A stretch of 58,802 nt of DNA. It comes from a virus (taxonomy: Duplodnaviria > Caudoviricetes). The number at the start of each line of letters is the position of its first letter. Position 1 is the stretch's first letter. The position numbers and the translations under genes are program-made. The DNA lies in the IMG/VR virus record IMGVR_UViG_3300036760_000108, positions 1-58,802 of that record. The stretch is one strand, 5' to 3'. Below, one piece after another: positions 26,455-36,772 of the stretch. Below the pieces are notes generated by a model. That model had not been told where the DNA came from, did not search any database, and worked only from the letters and a program-made list of their open reading frames with translations.

Positions 26455-27606
26455 ATGGCATCATTGCCACTTGCAGAGTTGTTAAGTATTTCAGAAACTA
26501 CCGCTACGGTTACAGGAACTATTCTTAATGCGTCTGGACCTGGTGTTCTTACGATTGAGAGTGAACAAATTAGTTATACAGGAAACTCTGATAATCAGTT
26601 TTTTGGCTTAGTTAGAGGTTATAATAGCACTGTTGCTGCAGCACATGCAGCCAATAAATTCGTTACGTATGTCCCAGATGTTGTGCCTGGAACTGTCATT
26701 ACGATTTCCACAACTGCCCCTCTTACTGGTGGTGGAGATATTAGTGCGAATAGAACGTTTGCCATGCCAGTGGCTACTGATGCTGTGGATGGCTATATGT
26801 CTGCCGCTGCTCATACAGCGCTTACTGCAGCTGTTCCTAATACTCGCACTGTTAATGGACATGCTCTTTCTAGTAATGTGACTGTGACAACGACTGATAT
26901 TGGTGCTGCAACTGCTGCAAGTCCAGCTATTACTGGACAAGCAACTATTGTTAATACCACAGCGGATACAGATGGCCTCACCATTACTAACACCACAGCT
27001 TCTCGTGGGTTGTTAGTTAACGGTAAAGTTATTGCGCGAAGAGATAATGGTTCTTCTCTTGTTGTTCGTGGACTTCAATCTCCAACAGAAGGAGTTGCTG
27101 TTGTTTCATCTTATTCAGGTATTTTTACTGATCCTAGCTATAGTGATACTGGAACATTAGATACTCGTTTCATTATGGGTGGAAATAACGAAATGGATGT
27201 GGATGTTCAAAGTCCCCATCAACTTCGATTAACTGCCGGTGCAAACGATACGTCCGATGGCGGTGTTCGTGTTAGCGCTGTTACTGACATTAAATTAATG
27301 GCTAGAGGTGCGAATGAAGTAAATGCTCCGAAGTATCTTGTCATTGACCGCGTTGATACGACGATTCATGCTGATCCTTTGACCAACAACAGTTCAGATG
27401 TTGTGGTTAAAGTTAATACTGGTTCTTTACTATTGAACTATGGTGTTACGACAGGAGCAGTTGGACTTCCTGTTCTTACTAATACACAGCGTGATGCTAT
27501 CTCAGCCCCTTCACAGGGAATGGTCATTGCTAATTCCGATACTAGTCTTTTGAATTGGTATAATGGATCAGCTTGGAGAGCAGTTAACGACTCAGCGGTA
27601 TCATAA
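26455..27606 (+). CDS. Tail fibre protein
   Basis: EQISYTG..RGYNST.AAAH anchor; LTGGGDISANRT; VNGHALSSNVT; LTNTQRDAI..P..G. Confidence 0.75.
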   Translation: MASLPLAELLSISETTATVTGTILNASGPGVLTIESEQISYTGNSDNQFFGLVRGYNSTVAAAHAANKFVTYVPDVVPGTVITISTTAPLTGGGDISANRTFAMPVATDAVDGYMSAAAHTALTAAVPNTRTVNGHALSSNVTVTTTDIGAATAASPAITGQATIVNTTADTDGLTITNTTASRGLLVNGKVIARRDNGSSLVVRGLQSPTEGVAVVSSYSGIFTDPSYSDTGTLDTRFIMGGNNEMDVDVQSPHQLRLTAGANDTSDGGVRVSAVTDIKLMARGANEVNAPKYLVIDRVDTTIHADPLTNNSSDVVVKVNTGSLLLNYGVTTGAVGLPVLTNTQRDAISAPSQGMVIANSDTSLLNWYNGSAWRAVNDSAVS

Positions 27607-27677
27607 AGTAGATTAAATAGAGGCTGGGGTAGACAACCTCTTTAAAAACCCCTAAATTTTGAATAGGAGAAGATAAT

Positions 27678-28403
27678 TTGGCTACCTCAGGAAATGATTT
27701 AGTAAATGACGTTAGGGCCGAAGTTCTAGAACCCTCTCCTACATTCTTTTCTAGTCCTAGAATGCTGGCTTTAATCAATCTTGCACAGAAAGAGTATGTT
27801 CGCAAAACCAGGTGTCTTCAGAACTTTGCTTGGACCTCTACTGTGCAAGCAATTGGAACATATCCTATGCCGGCTGATTGGTTAGGAAGTGAATGCATAT
27901 TCTGGAAAGATGAAACGGCAAGTCAAGAGATATGGCGTAGACTACGACCCACCACACTTGAAAAAATGGCTCAAGAAAGTCCTAATTTTCTATCTAATGA
28001 CAGTCGCATGTTAGGCAAGCCTTTAAAATATTTTATTGTTGGTACTGTGCTCTACATCTATCCAAAACCAATGGTATCAGGAACAAATGATATTTTTATG
28101 TATTATCAATCTAGAGAAATTCCTTTAACTGCTTTAACGGAATTACTTTCTATTGATGATTCATTAACGCCTGGTGTTCGTGCGTATGTCCTGTGGAAAA
28201 TGTGGTCCCAAGACCAGGAAAAAGATTTGGCACAAGAACAAAAAGATATCTTTAAAGAAGAGATTGGACAAGGTATTAAATGGCGTAACCAACGTATTTT
28301 AGATTTGAAGCGTAAAATTGACATCGAGTCGTATCAACCCTTTACCAATTCAGGAATGGGCAATAGTGCAAACGGTTCAATGAACCCTCTTGACTTGAGC
28401 TAA
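27678..28403 (+). CDS. Head-tail adaptor / tail tubular protein A-like
   Basis: LINLAQKE, YPMPADW, GKP.KY, LYIYPKP; TTG start with AGGAG RBS. Confidence 0.7.
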   Translation: MATSGNDLVNDVRAEVLEPSPTFFSSPRMLALINLAQKEYVRKTRCLQNFAWTSTVQAIGTYPMPADWLGSECIFWKDETASQEIWRRLRPTTLEKMAQESPNFLSNDSRMLGKPLKYFIVGTVLYIYPKPMVSGTNDIFMYYQSREIPLTALTELLSIDDSLTPGVRAYVLWKMWSQDQEKDLAQEQKDIFKEEIGQGIKWRNQRILDLKRKIDIESYQPFTNSGMGNSANGSMNPLDLS

Positions 28404-28420
28404 TAATTATAGGAGCTATC

Positions 28421-28885
28421 ATGGAAAAACTAAATGAACAAATCAAATTAAATGGAAATGTTAGTATCACACTTATTGGTTCTGACGGTAAGGTTAAGCA
28501 ACAGCATTCAGATCATAACCTCGTTGTGACTGTAGGTAAGAGTTATCTTGCGGCATGGTTAGCGGCTGCTACTCAGTCAACTGAATTTATGACCTTTATC
28601 GGACTTGGTACTGATACTGCTGGTCCAGTGAGCGGTGATACCACTCTTGGATCTGAATTTTCAGGTGGTGGTTATTCTCGCAGTGATGGAACACTTTCTA
28701 GTGCGTCAAATGTATGGACGAATACTGCTACCTTTGCTCCTGGTAATGGAACAGGTGCTATAACTGAAGCTGGACTTTTTTCTGCTTCGACAAGCGGCAC
28801 GATGTTTGCACGTCAAGTATTTCCTGTGTACAATAAACAAGCTGGTGATACTCTTACTGTCGTGTGGAACGTAACTTTCGCGTAA
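28421..28885 (+). CDS. Tail structural protein
   Basis: HNLVVTVG, IGLGT, ITEAGLF, MFAR motifs. Confidence 0.7.
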   Translation: MEKLNEQIKLNGNVSITLIGSDGKVKQQHSDHNLVVTVGKSYLAAWLAAATQSTEFMTFIGLGTDTAGPVSGDTTLGSEFSGGGYSRSDGTLSSASNVWTNTATFAPGNGTGAITEAGLFSASTSGTMFARQVFPVYNKQAGDTLTVVWNVTFA

Positions 28886-28909
28886 TTGATCTTTTAAGAG
28901 GATTCTAAT

Positions 28910-31246
28910 ATGGCAAACTTTCCTACTAGCATTTCCACTAACGCCAATCTTTATGTGGCAGTCAATGGACTACAGACTACACTCGCTGTTGGATGTACAG
29001 ATAGTGATACTACTCTAACATTAACTTCTACCACTGGATTCCCGACAACTGGTTTTGTTACTATTGATAATTCTGAAATTGTGGCTTATACTGGAATTTT
29101 GGGATCTACTATTACAGGATGTACGAGAGGAGCTGATGGAACAACTGCTGCTTCTCATTTAACTGGTGTTACTGTTGGACTTACGATTGTAGCGGCTCAT
29201 CACAATCTATTAAAAGATGAAGTTATTGCTTTAGAAACTTCTTTAGGTGCTGGATTTGCCAAAGGAAATTTAACGTCTACTGTTGGAACTGACGGGATTA
29301 CTGTAACTGGCGGCACAGGAGCTGTAATTGGTTCTGGTACATCCATTTCTCAGCAAGCATCAACAGATTCTCTCCCTGGGTATTTAACATCAGCTGATCA
29401 TACTTCCTTTGCTGGTGCCGTAACAACTGCAAATAATGCTCTTCCTAAGTCGGGTGGCACCATGACTGGTGACATCACGATGGACAATAATAAATCTCTT
29501 ATCCTCAAAGAGACTACTGGAAACGGTACAGATGCCATCACTGTGAAGGCACCTGCATCTGTTACTTCAAGTTATACTATTACTCTCCCTCCTGCTGTCG
29601 CTTCTGCCGGCCAATCATTAAAAGATGTAGCAGGTAATGGTATTTTATCTTGGGCATCTACTACTTCAGCTCTAGTAGTTTCTGTGAAAGACTATGGTGC
29701 TGTTGGAGATGATACTACAGATGATACTGCAGCTATTCAAGCCGCAATTAATGCTGCTGGTGAAGGAATGGTATTTTTTCCTGCAGGATCGTATAAAATT
29801 TCATCTCAATTGAATATGACTGAAGGTGTTGTTCTTCAAGGATGTTATACATCAGGATTTACTACTGGGTCATCTATTCGTCAAACTGGAAGTGCTCCTG
29901 TTATCTATATGGCTAATAGAGACAGCACAGGTCAGGAACAGCAGAGATCAGCTATCCGAGGACTTTTGTTACGTGGTGGAACGAGAGGTATTTATGCAGA
30001 AAATGGAGGTGTAGGAGTAACGATACGTGATGTTTTAATTTATACTCCTTCCGCTGAGTGTATCCTACTTCGTGGTTTTAACCAGGAATGGTATTTTGAA
30101 GATGTGGAATTGATTGGTGGAACCTACGGGATAAAGATGGATGCTACAGGACTCCAAACTGATCATTCTACTTTGGGTACAGCAGCATTATTTGATAAGA
30201 ATCATTTTTACTCTGTTTATATTCATGGACAGTCAGAGAATGGATTATTTATCTACCCCCCTTCACCTGGAACAGGAAATCACAATACGTTCATTGATTT
30301 AAGACTTGTTGGTATTCAGAAAGATGGAGCTATACTTAAGGGTGCGATGACAGGTACGCAAATTATTGGTTTAAGTACTGAACTAGTAGGGGTTGGAAGT
30401 CCAACATTTGCTCAGTCCACTGCTACGACCAGTTCTGGAAGTGCAAATGTCACTATTGCAGCTGCATCAAACTTTGTGGATGGTCAAGTTGTTACAATTG
30501 CCGGAGCTGGTACTAATGGAACAGATTGGTATCCCACGATCTCTAGTGGTGGTGGTACAACTTCTCTTGTTATGACGACAACTGCTCCTGCTACTGTCAC
30601 CACTGCAGACATCGTCAATGCTTTGTATTCGGAACTTGTCATAGGCGGGGGTGCAGCGGCAACTCAAACCTTTATTATCCAGAATTTCTTAACGACGAGC
30701 GCGACCACACGCTATGCCGTCGATGCGGGTTCGGCTGGTAGTGGTGTGACTGTGATTGACATGAAGAATTCGCGTCCTGTTTATGATCCGACTAGCGTCG
30801 TCGTATTTTTAGGAACTGCATTTACTGTTGTACGTCCAACTTCAGACATTGTAGGTTCTTACATTGAATCTGTATTTGGAAACGTAGCTAGTGGGTCTTC
30901 AGGTGTATTTTCAGATTCTGGAAGTATTGTTATTACACCTGGAAGTTGGGATATTACGTTTGTTGCTGTACTGTCTGCAAATGTGGCTGGAACAATGACA
31001 GTATGGAGTACTGGTATTTCTACCACCAGCGGAAATTCAACTTCTGGTTTAGTCAGTGGTAGCAACTATCTAAATTTAATGCCAGCTATTGCTAATTCAG
31101 CTGTAACAAACGATGGAAGAACAATCGCTAATTGGAGAAAGACAGTTAGTGTTCCTACTACCATATATGCTAAGACGAGCCTTAATTTTACAACTGGTAC
31201 TTGGGTTTGGTTCGGTCGATTATCTGCAGTAAAAATAACTGTATAA
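28910..31246 (+). CDS. Tailspike with beta-helix (pectate lyase 3-like) domain
   Basis: VSVKDYGAVGDDTTDDTAAIQAAINA..VFFPAGSY followed by beta-helix-like sequence. Confidence 0.85.
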   Translation: MANFPTSISTNANLYVAVNGLQTTLAVGCTDSDTTLTLTSTTGFPTTGFVTIDNSEIVAYTGILGSTITGCTRGADGTTAASHLTGVTVGLTIVAAHHNLLKDEVIALETSLGAGFAKGNLTSTVGTDGITVTGGTGAVIGSGTSISQQASTDSLPGYLTSADHTSFAGAVTTANNALPKSGGTMTGDITMDNNKSLILKETTGNGTDAITVKAPASVTSSYTITLPPAVASAGQSLKDVAGNGILSWASTTSALVVSVKDYGAVGDDTTDDTAAIQAAINAAGEGMVFFPAGSYKISSQLNMTEGVVLQGCYTSGFTTGSSIRQTGSAPVIYMANRDSTGQEQQRSAIRGLLLRGGTRGIYAENGGVGVTIRDVLIYTPSAECILLRGFNQEWYFEDVELIGGTYGIKMDATGLQTDHSTLGTAALFDKNHFYSVYIHGQSENGLFIYPPSPGTGNHNTFIDLRLVGIQKDGAILKGAMTGTQIIGLSTELVGVGSPTFAQSTATTSSGSANVTIAAASNFVDGQVVTIAGAGTNGTDWYPTISSGGGTTSLVMTTTAPATVTTADIVNALYSELVIGGGAAATQTFIIQNFLTTSATTRYAVDAGSAGSGVTVIDMKNSRPVYDPTSVVVFLGTAFTVVRPTSDIVGSYIESVFGNVASGSSGVFSDSGSIVITPGSWDITFVAVLSANVAGTMTVWSTGISTTSGNSTSGLVSGSNYLNLMPAIANSAVTNDGRTIANWRKTVSVPTTIYAKTSLNFTTGTWVWFGRLSAVKITV

Positions 31247-31255
31247 GAGGACTTT

Positions 31256-31432
31256 ATGATTATACGAAAAGAGCCGATTACATTCTATATACAGACAAGT
31301 GATGGAGCTTATCGTTCTTATGTAGGTATGGATATTTCTACTGTGAATGCTATGCTAACAGCTCAAAAACTAAGTTATACACTTATGACCGAAGAACAAT
31401 ATAATATTACTGTTCAGTCATTAAAAAGTTAA
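31256..31432 (+). CDS. Small protein, possible fibre chaperone (58 aa)
   Basis: Read manually; GAGG RBS; follows tailspike. Confidence 0.5.
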   Translation: MIIRKEPITFYIQTSDGAYRSYVGMDISTVNAMLTAQKLSYTLMTEEQYNITVQSLKS

Positions 31433-31440
31433 ATTCTAAA

Positions 31441-32145
31441 ATGTCACAGTTAACGCCGGTTCTTTATGGGAACCGTCTCTATGGACAGGAAACCTATAGC
31501 GAAAATGCTGATCCTGTCACTACAGTTCTTACTATATCTGATAGTGTCAGTTCTGCTGATGCGTTTAATGACACGGTAAATAAACTTCTTGAGGAAGTTA
31601 TAACTGCTACAGAAGTAGCTTTAAATAATATCAATAAGCCCTTAACTGATACTACTACGGTTACAGATGCATTTACTGCTACACTTGCTCAATTACTGAG
31701 TGAAACAATTACACCATCTGATTCTGCTATTACTACAACCGGAACTAAACCAGTAATAGACGGGATTGCACTTTCAGAATCATTTGTTTCTACTTTTGTG
31801 AAGATCCTATCAGACTCTGTAACGATGACAGACTTAGATCAAAAATTTGTTACAAGAATAGTTTATGATTCTTTAACTGTATTTGATAGTAATATTACTG
31901 TTACGATTACCAAAGCATTAACTGATATTCTTTTGCTACAGGATTGGTTGAGTCTTCGATTATCAAAACCAAATAATTGGATTGTCAATACTACTCCTAT
32001 TCCTGTTTCTACACTATACGGAAGAGTCTTATTTGGACGCTCTTTATATGGTCAGTCAAATAACCGTACACCCTGGAATACTACAAAACCAACACTGATA
32101 AATCCTGGGTGGAGAAATTATAACCAGTTAGAGGAGATGCCGTGA
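31441..32145 (+). CDS. Tail protein with ~18-aa L(S/T)(D/E) repeats
   Basis: ISDSV/LTDTT/LSETI/LSDSV repeats; LYG motifs at both ends. Confidence 0.65.
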   Translation: MSQLTPVLYGNRLYGQETYSENADPVTTVLTISDSVSSADAFNDTVNKLLEEVITATEVALNNINKPLTDTTTVTDAFTATLAQLLSETITPSDSAITTTGTKPVIDGIALSESFVSTFVKILSDSVTMTDLDQKFVTRIVYDSLTVFDSNITVTITKALTDILLLQDWLSLRLSKPNNWIVNTTPIPVSTLYGRVLFGRSLYGQSNNRTPWNTTKPTLINPGWRNYNQLEEMP

Positions 32146-35100
32146 ATAAGCAATCTGTTTCGCTGCCAGGGCCTCAAGGTGAGTGGGGTTCTTATGTCAG
32201 CAAGTATCAACCTGATTCCAGCAAGGTCTTGGATAGCATGTTCACTGCGAACTCCAAAAATTTTATTACAGATCAAACAGGCATGATTCAGAAACGACAG
32301 GGTGGAGTGCAGTGGAATCGTACCTCATTTTCCGAAGCGGCTAAAGATACATATGAAGCTGTATTCGAGAGTGGTGCTCGTCACTTCCTACGTATAGGGG
32401 GTGGAGTACTTTCAGCTTCGACTGGCACTGGACTGTTTGATGTCATTACATCTGGCTATTCAACAATAGGTAATTTTGAATGGGCTACATATCAGAATCG
32501 TACTTATGGGTGTAATGGTGTTAATGCCCCTCAAACATATGATATTGCCACATCTTATGGTGGTGTTACTTATACATTCACAACGGGAAAGACTAAAGAT
32601 ATGGGTGCCCAAGCCCCTTCTTCAGCCCCTACTTCAGGTGCGTATACTGCAGGTGGCTCCGTTCCTGATGGTAGCCATCGTTACAAAATTACGTTCGTTT
32701 ATTATGAATCAGAAGAAAGTAATGGGTCTACTGCATCATCTATTCAAACGGCTGGCGCTGGTAACAATACTGGACATCTATCAGCAATTCCTATAGGTGG
32801 ATATGGAGTTACAGCTAGAAATATTTATCGTGATAACAATGATGGTGTCTATCTACTCTTGGATACAATTTCTAATAATACAGCTACTACGTATACTGAT
32901 ACCCTTTTAATTGGGTCAACTCCAACACCAATTCCTACATTCAATGATGTTCCTCCCACATTTAGTAAGATTGCTCTGTGGTTAGACAGTATATTTATTG
33001 CACCTTCAGGTGAAACCAATCTCATCCGTTATAGCAATACAGGAACACCTGATATCTTTGATCCTAGTAATTTTATTATTTGTCAGAGTGATGATGTGAT
33101 TACGGCTCTCTATGTGTACAATGGTAAACTCTACGTCTTTGGACTTCACTCCTTTGGTAGTATTGAAGGGAATACCCCAGATACATTCTATTATCATAAT
33201 ATCAGCAATCTCATTGGCTGTGTTGATAATCGCTCTATCCAAGTACGGTCTATTGTTTCTGTGCCTACTCTCTGGTGGTTAAGTGACAAAGGACTTTATT
33301 ATTCCAATGGCAATACTGTGGAATATGGATCAGATTATATTCAGGATTTGGTGAATCTTAATATTGCACAAGTTAACTATTCGACTAATAAAAATACGCA
33401 GACTAGCTTTGCTGATTTTTCGGGAGATACTTCTACATCGGGGATTGACATCACTTCTCAACCAGGATCAGTAACAACTTTGAATCCTACAAAGGTATAT
33501 AGTACAACTGCAGATTGGTTAGGTGGGTCGAGTCTGACAAACATACGTACTTCTGACGGAACTTTTGCTGAGATTCCCACGAAACAAGAAAGGTCTTTAG
33601 CTTCAGGAGTACTTTCAGGAAGTGCTATAATTTCAGGAGTTAATTTAACTTTACCTTCCACGATTGATTTTATGGGAGAAACACATGCCGAAGAGGGAGT
33701 AACGACAGGACGAGCAAATACTAATATTGCAACATCAGTAAATGAAATGGCCCAGCCCTTTTTTCCTGACAGAAGTTGTACCCTTACTGATGTTACTATC
33801 CCATTTTTCCATACTGGAACACAAACATCTTGGCGATTTACTTTATATGCTGATTCGCTTGGGGCTCCTGGTTCTCCAATATATACACAAGGATTTGTTG
33901 TTACTGTTTCTAACCCTAACCTAGATATTTCATTTGTACTAAATTTATCGGGATTATCTATCGCTTTGACAGGTGGAACACGGTATTGGTTAGCTGTTGG
34001 GGGTATTGACATTAACGGAAATATAGGAAAAGTAAGATTTTCCTCTGGATGGAGTTCTGGATCAAGTGCATATGCAAGGCGTGGAAATGCGTTTACCGGA
34101 ACCTGGGATCGGTTATCTGACTCAAGTTCAAGTTTCTTTTATCAAATTGCTGCATCATACGCAGTAGTATCAGATCCAATCGCATCTAACGGTACTTGGA
34201 CTGCTCCTATATTTGATAATGGAAATAGTTCTGCTGTTGGTCAGTATGTAGCTGTTGTTAGTAGTATTCCTGCAGATACTGCTGGAAGTATTATTGTATA
34301 TGCATCTCAAAATGCAGATATGTCATTTAGTGCTACTCAAAGTTTCCCACTTCCTATAGGATTGGGAAGTGTTACCTTATCTGGATATCGTTATTGGAGA
34401 TTAGTTGTTTCTTTAAGTACAACTAATAATATTCGTGTTCCTGTAATAGGAGTACCTTTTCTTACATTTAGCGAGACTGCAGAATGGATATCCCAACCTA
34501 TTGATACAACTACAGATAACACAGGATGGGGAACACTAAGTTATACCGGCAATGTTCCTTTTGGAACATCTTCGACTCTTACAATTGCTACTTCGTCAAA
34601 TAATATTACCTATTCCTCATATGGTCCTATTGGAAGTGCTTTAGTAGAACGGTGGGCTAAAGTACGACTAGTACTTACATCTAGTATTGGAAATGATGTA
34701 AGTCCTTCTATTATCAGTATTACTCTTAATTGGTCCCTGTCTTCATCCATTACAAGTAGTATTATTGATACCGGAATAACCCCAGCCGGTTTTGGTGTAG
34801 CTCAATGGGAACAAATTAGTCTTACAGCAGGAACAGTTACATTCTATATTCGTACAGCTGCAACATCAGGGGCAATTCCAGCAGCCTCTTTTGTATCTGT
34901 TGCTAATGGTGCTTTCCCAAATTTGTCTGCATTACGGTTTGTGCAATGGAAAATAATTCTAACCTCCACGGCGAATAATTCACCGGTCATAACTTCAGTT
35001 ACTGTTAATTGGTATACAAGTTCAGGAGCAGTATCTGTTCGTTGTGCTAGCTTATTTTATAATAAAACCTATTATCTATCTGTGGCTACTCTTGGTTCGA

Positions 35101-35621
35101 CCGCCAATAATACGATTATTCAGCTTGATCAGTTTGGGAAATGGCGAATTCAGAAAGATACAAGTGTTGGTTGCTTCTTGTCTTACTTCAATACGCTCTA
35201 TTTTACAGATGGTACCTCTGGTTTAATCTTCAATGGATTTATTGCAGATACGGATAACGGTACTGCCATCACAATGGATGTTCGCACAAAAGCTTGGAAT
35301 GCTGAGAATGATTTATTCTTGAAAGTTCCTAGAGCTTTTAAAGTGACGGGACTTCATACTGGCACTACTCTTCATGCTTACTATTCCCCTGACCGTGGAA
35401 CTACATGGATTGAGATGCTTAATGAGAATGGACAAACAAGTTTTATTACAAATACAGGTGGAACTGAATTCATTGTCCTTTTTGTGCCTGATGGCGCTAC
35501 CTTGAACTCTGGCCGTACACTAATGTATCGACTTGTGTCTAGTGATGTATTTCCTTGCTCCATTATCAATTATGTGCCTTCATTCTACTCACGAAAGGGT
35601 CGGTACCTGAGCAATGGCTAA
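32142..35621 (+). CDS. Tail nozzle / tubular protein B-like with large insertion
   Basis: 1159 aa; IRYSN..PD.F, IGCVDNRSI, WLSDKGLY propeller motifs. Confidence 0.7.
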   Translation: MNKQSVSLPGPQGEWGSYVSKYQPDSSKVLDSMFTANSKNFITDQTGMIQKRQGGVQWNRTSFSEAAKDTYEAVFESGARHFLRIGGGVLSASTGTGLFDVITSGYSTIGNFEWATYQNRTYGCNGVNAPQTYDIATSYGGVTYTFTTGKTKDMGAQAPSSAPTSGAYTAGGSVPDGSHRYKITFVYYESEESNGSTASSIQTAGAGNNTGHLSAIPIGGYGVTARNIYRDNNDGVYLLLDTISNNTATTYTDTLLIGSTPTPIPTFNDVPPTFSKIALWLDSIFIAPSGETNLIRYSNTGTPDIFDPSNFIICQSDDVITALYVYNGKLYVFGLHSFGSIEGNTPDTFYYHNISNLIGCVDNRSIQVRSIVSVPTLWWLSDKGLYYSNGNTVEYGSDYIQDLVNLNIAQVNYSTNKNTQTSFADFSGDTSTSGIDITSQPGSVTTLNPTKVYSTTADWLGGSSLTNIRTSDGTFAEIPTKQERSLASGVLSGSAIISGVNLTLPSTIDFMGETHAEEGVTTGRANTNIATSVNEMAQPFFPDRSCTLTDVTIPFFHTGTQTSWRFTLYADSLGAPGSPIYTQGFVVTVSNPNLDISFVLNLSGLSIALTGGTRYWLAVGGIDINGNIGKVRFSSGWSSGSSAYARRGNAFTGTWDRLSDSSSSFFYQIAASYAVVSDPIASNGTWTAPIFDNGNSSAVGQYVAVVSSIPADTAGSIIVYASQNADMSFSATQSFPLPIGLGSVTLSGYRYWRLVVSLSTTNNIRVPVIGVPFLTFSETAEWISQPIDTTTDNTGWGTLSYTGNVPFGTSSTLTIATSSNNITYSSYGPIGSALVERWAKVRLVLTSSIGNDVSPSIISITLNWSLSSSITSSIIDTGITPAGFGVAQWEQISLTAGTVTFYIRTAATSGAIPAASFVSVANGAFPNLSALRFVQWKIILTSTANNSPVITSVTVNWYTSSGAVSVRCASLFYNKTYYLSVATLGSTANNTIIQLDQFGKWRIQKDTSVGCFLSYFNTLYFTDGTSGLIFNGFIADTDNGTAITMDVRTKAWNAENDLFLKVPRAFKVTGLHTGTTLHAYYSPDRGTTWIEMLNENGQTSFITNTGGTEFIVLFVPDGATLNSGRTLMYRLVSSDVFPCSIINYVPSFYSRKGRYLSNG

Positions 35622-35877
35622 AACACAGAAACGTAATATTAACCCTCCAGGGGATAGTGATAAAGATTTACTTACGGACTATTCTTCAACTATCCAGTTA
35701 ACATTTGATGATTTATTTCAAGCAGCTCATGATCACTTAATTCTGAAAAGCAATCCAAAAGCAGCTGATGGTGCAATTCAAACCATCTCTGTGGTGGATG
35801 ATGGGACAAATGTATATATGGTTGTAAAGACAGGTCGTGGGTGGTTTAAGAGCACAAATTTCACAGCAGTAGTGTAA
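35614..35877 (+). CDS. Small tail-associated protein
   Basis: Overlaps nozzle stop. Confidence 0.6.
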   Translation: MAKTQKRNINPPGDSDKDLLTDYSSTIQLTFDDLFQAAHDHLILKSNPKAADGAIQTISVVDDGTNVYMVVKTGRGWFKSTNFTAVV

Positions 35878-35889
35878 GGGAGAATTACT

Positions 35890-36759
35890 ATGGGACTTGG
35901 AAGCGTCATTAGTGGTTTAATTAATAGTGGCAGAAGTTTACCTACAATAGATGTAGCTGCATTATTTGACTCTATTGCTAAGGCGGGAACTGATCAACGT
36001 AGAATGATCAATGAGCTACCTGCAGAATTACAACCACTGTATGCTCAGTATCAAGCTTCTTTAGGCAAAGCAGGAACTACGCTTCAAGATACTACTAAAC
36101 AGATTGGTCAAGATTTACTTACACAGACCAAAGCCAATTATGATCCTAATTCTGCCGCAGTTCAAGCTACACTTGCTGCTCTTAAACAACAGGACTATTC
36201 CACCCTCCCTGGAACTCTTAATAGTTTGAAAGCGAATCTAGCTGCAACTGGTGGACTATCTACTGGTGGTGCAGGTCGGGCCTTAACATCAGCTATTCTT
36301 GCACCAGCGGCACAATATTCTCAACAAGCGGCTAATACACAAGCTCAACAGCTTAATATGCAGCAACAGAATGTGCAACAAGCTTTAAATAAGATTGCTT
36401 CATTAGATGATGCAACAGCTCAACAGCTATTTGGTATGAGTACAGCAGAAGCAGCCAATATTCTTCAATATGGCCGTAGTGACCTTCAAGGTCAGCTATC
36501 CCAACTTATTAATCAGAGTGTCAATGAAACAAATCAGACATTATCTGTACAAGGCATTCAAGCTAATAATGCATATCAGAATGCCGTGACGCGTAATGCA
36601 CAGCAAAATGCTCTCACAAATGATATTGTAGGTACTGGGGTAGGTGCCATTCAATCGGGACTGACAAGCGGAATTACAGGTGGGACAGGTTTACCTGCAG
36701 GTGCTGATGTTGGGTCTGCTGATTACATGCGTAATGCTTTAGCAAATTCACCACTATAA
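35890..36759 (+). CDS. Putative ejection (internal virion) protein
   Basis: Q/A/G-rich helical; podovirus position. Confidence 0.6.
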   Translation: MGLGSVISGLINSGRSLPTIDVAALFDSIAKAGTDQRRMINELPAELQPLYAQYQASLGKAGTTLQDTTKQIGQDLLTQTKANYDPNSAAVQATLAALKQQDYSTLPGTLNSLKANLAATGGLSTGGAGRALTSAILAPAAQYSQQAANTQAQQLNMQQQNVQQALNKIASLDDATAQQLFGMSTAEAANILQYGRSDLQGQLSQLINQSVNETNQTLSVQGIQANNAYQNAVTRNAQQNALTNDIVGTGVGAIQSGLTSGITGGTGLPAGADVGSADYMRNALANSPL

Positions 36760-36772
36760 AGAGGAGAAGACC

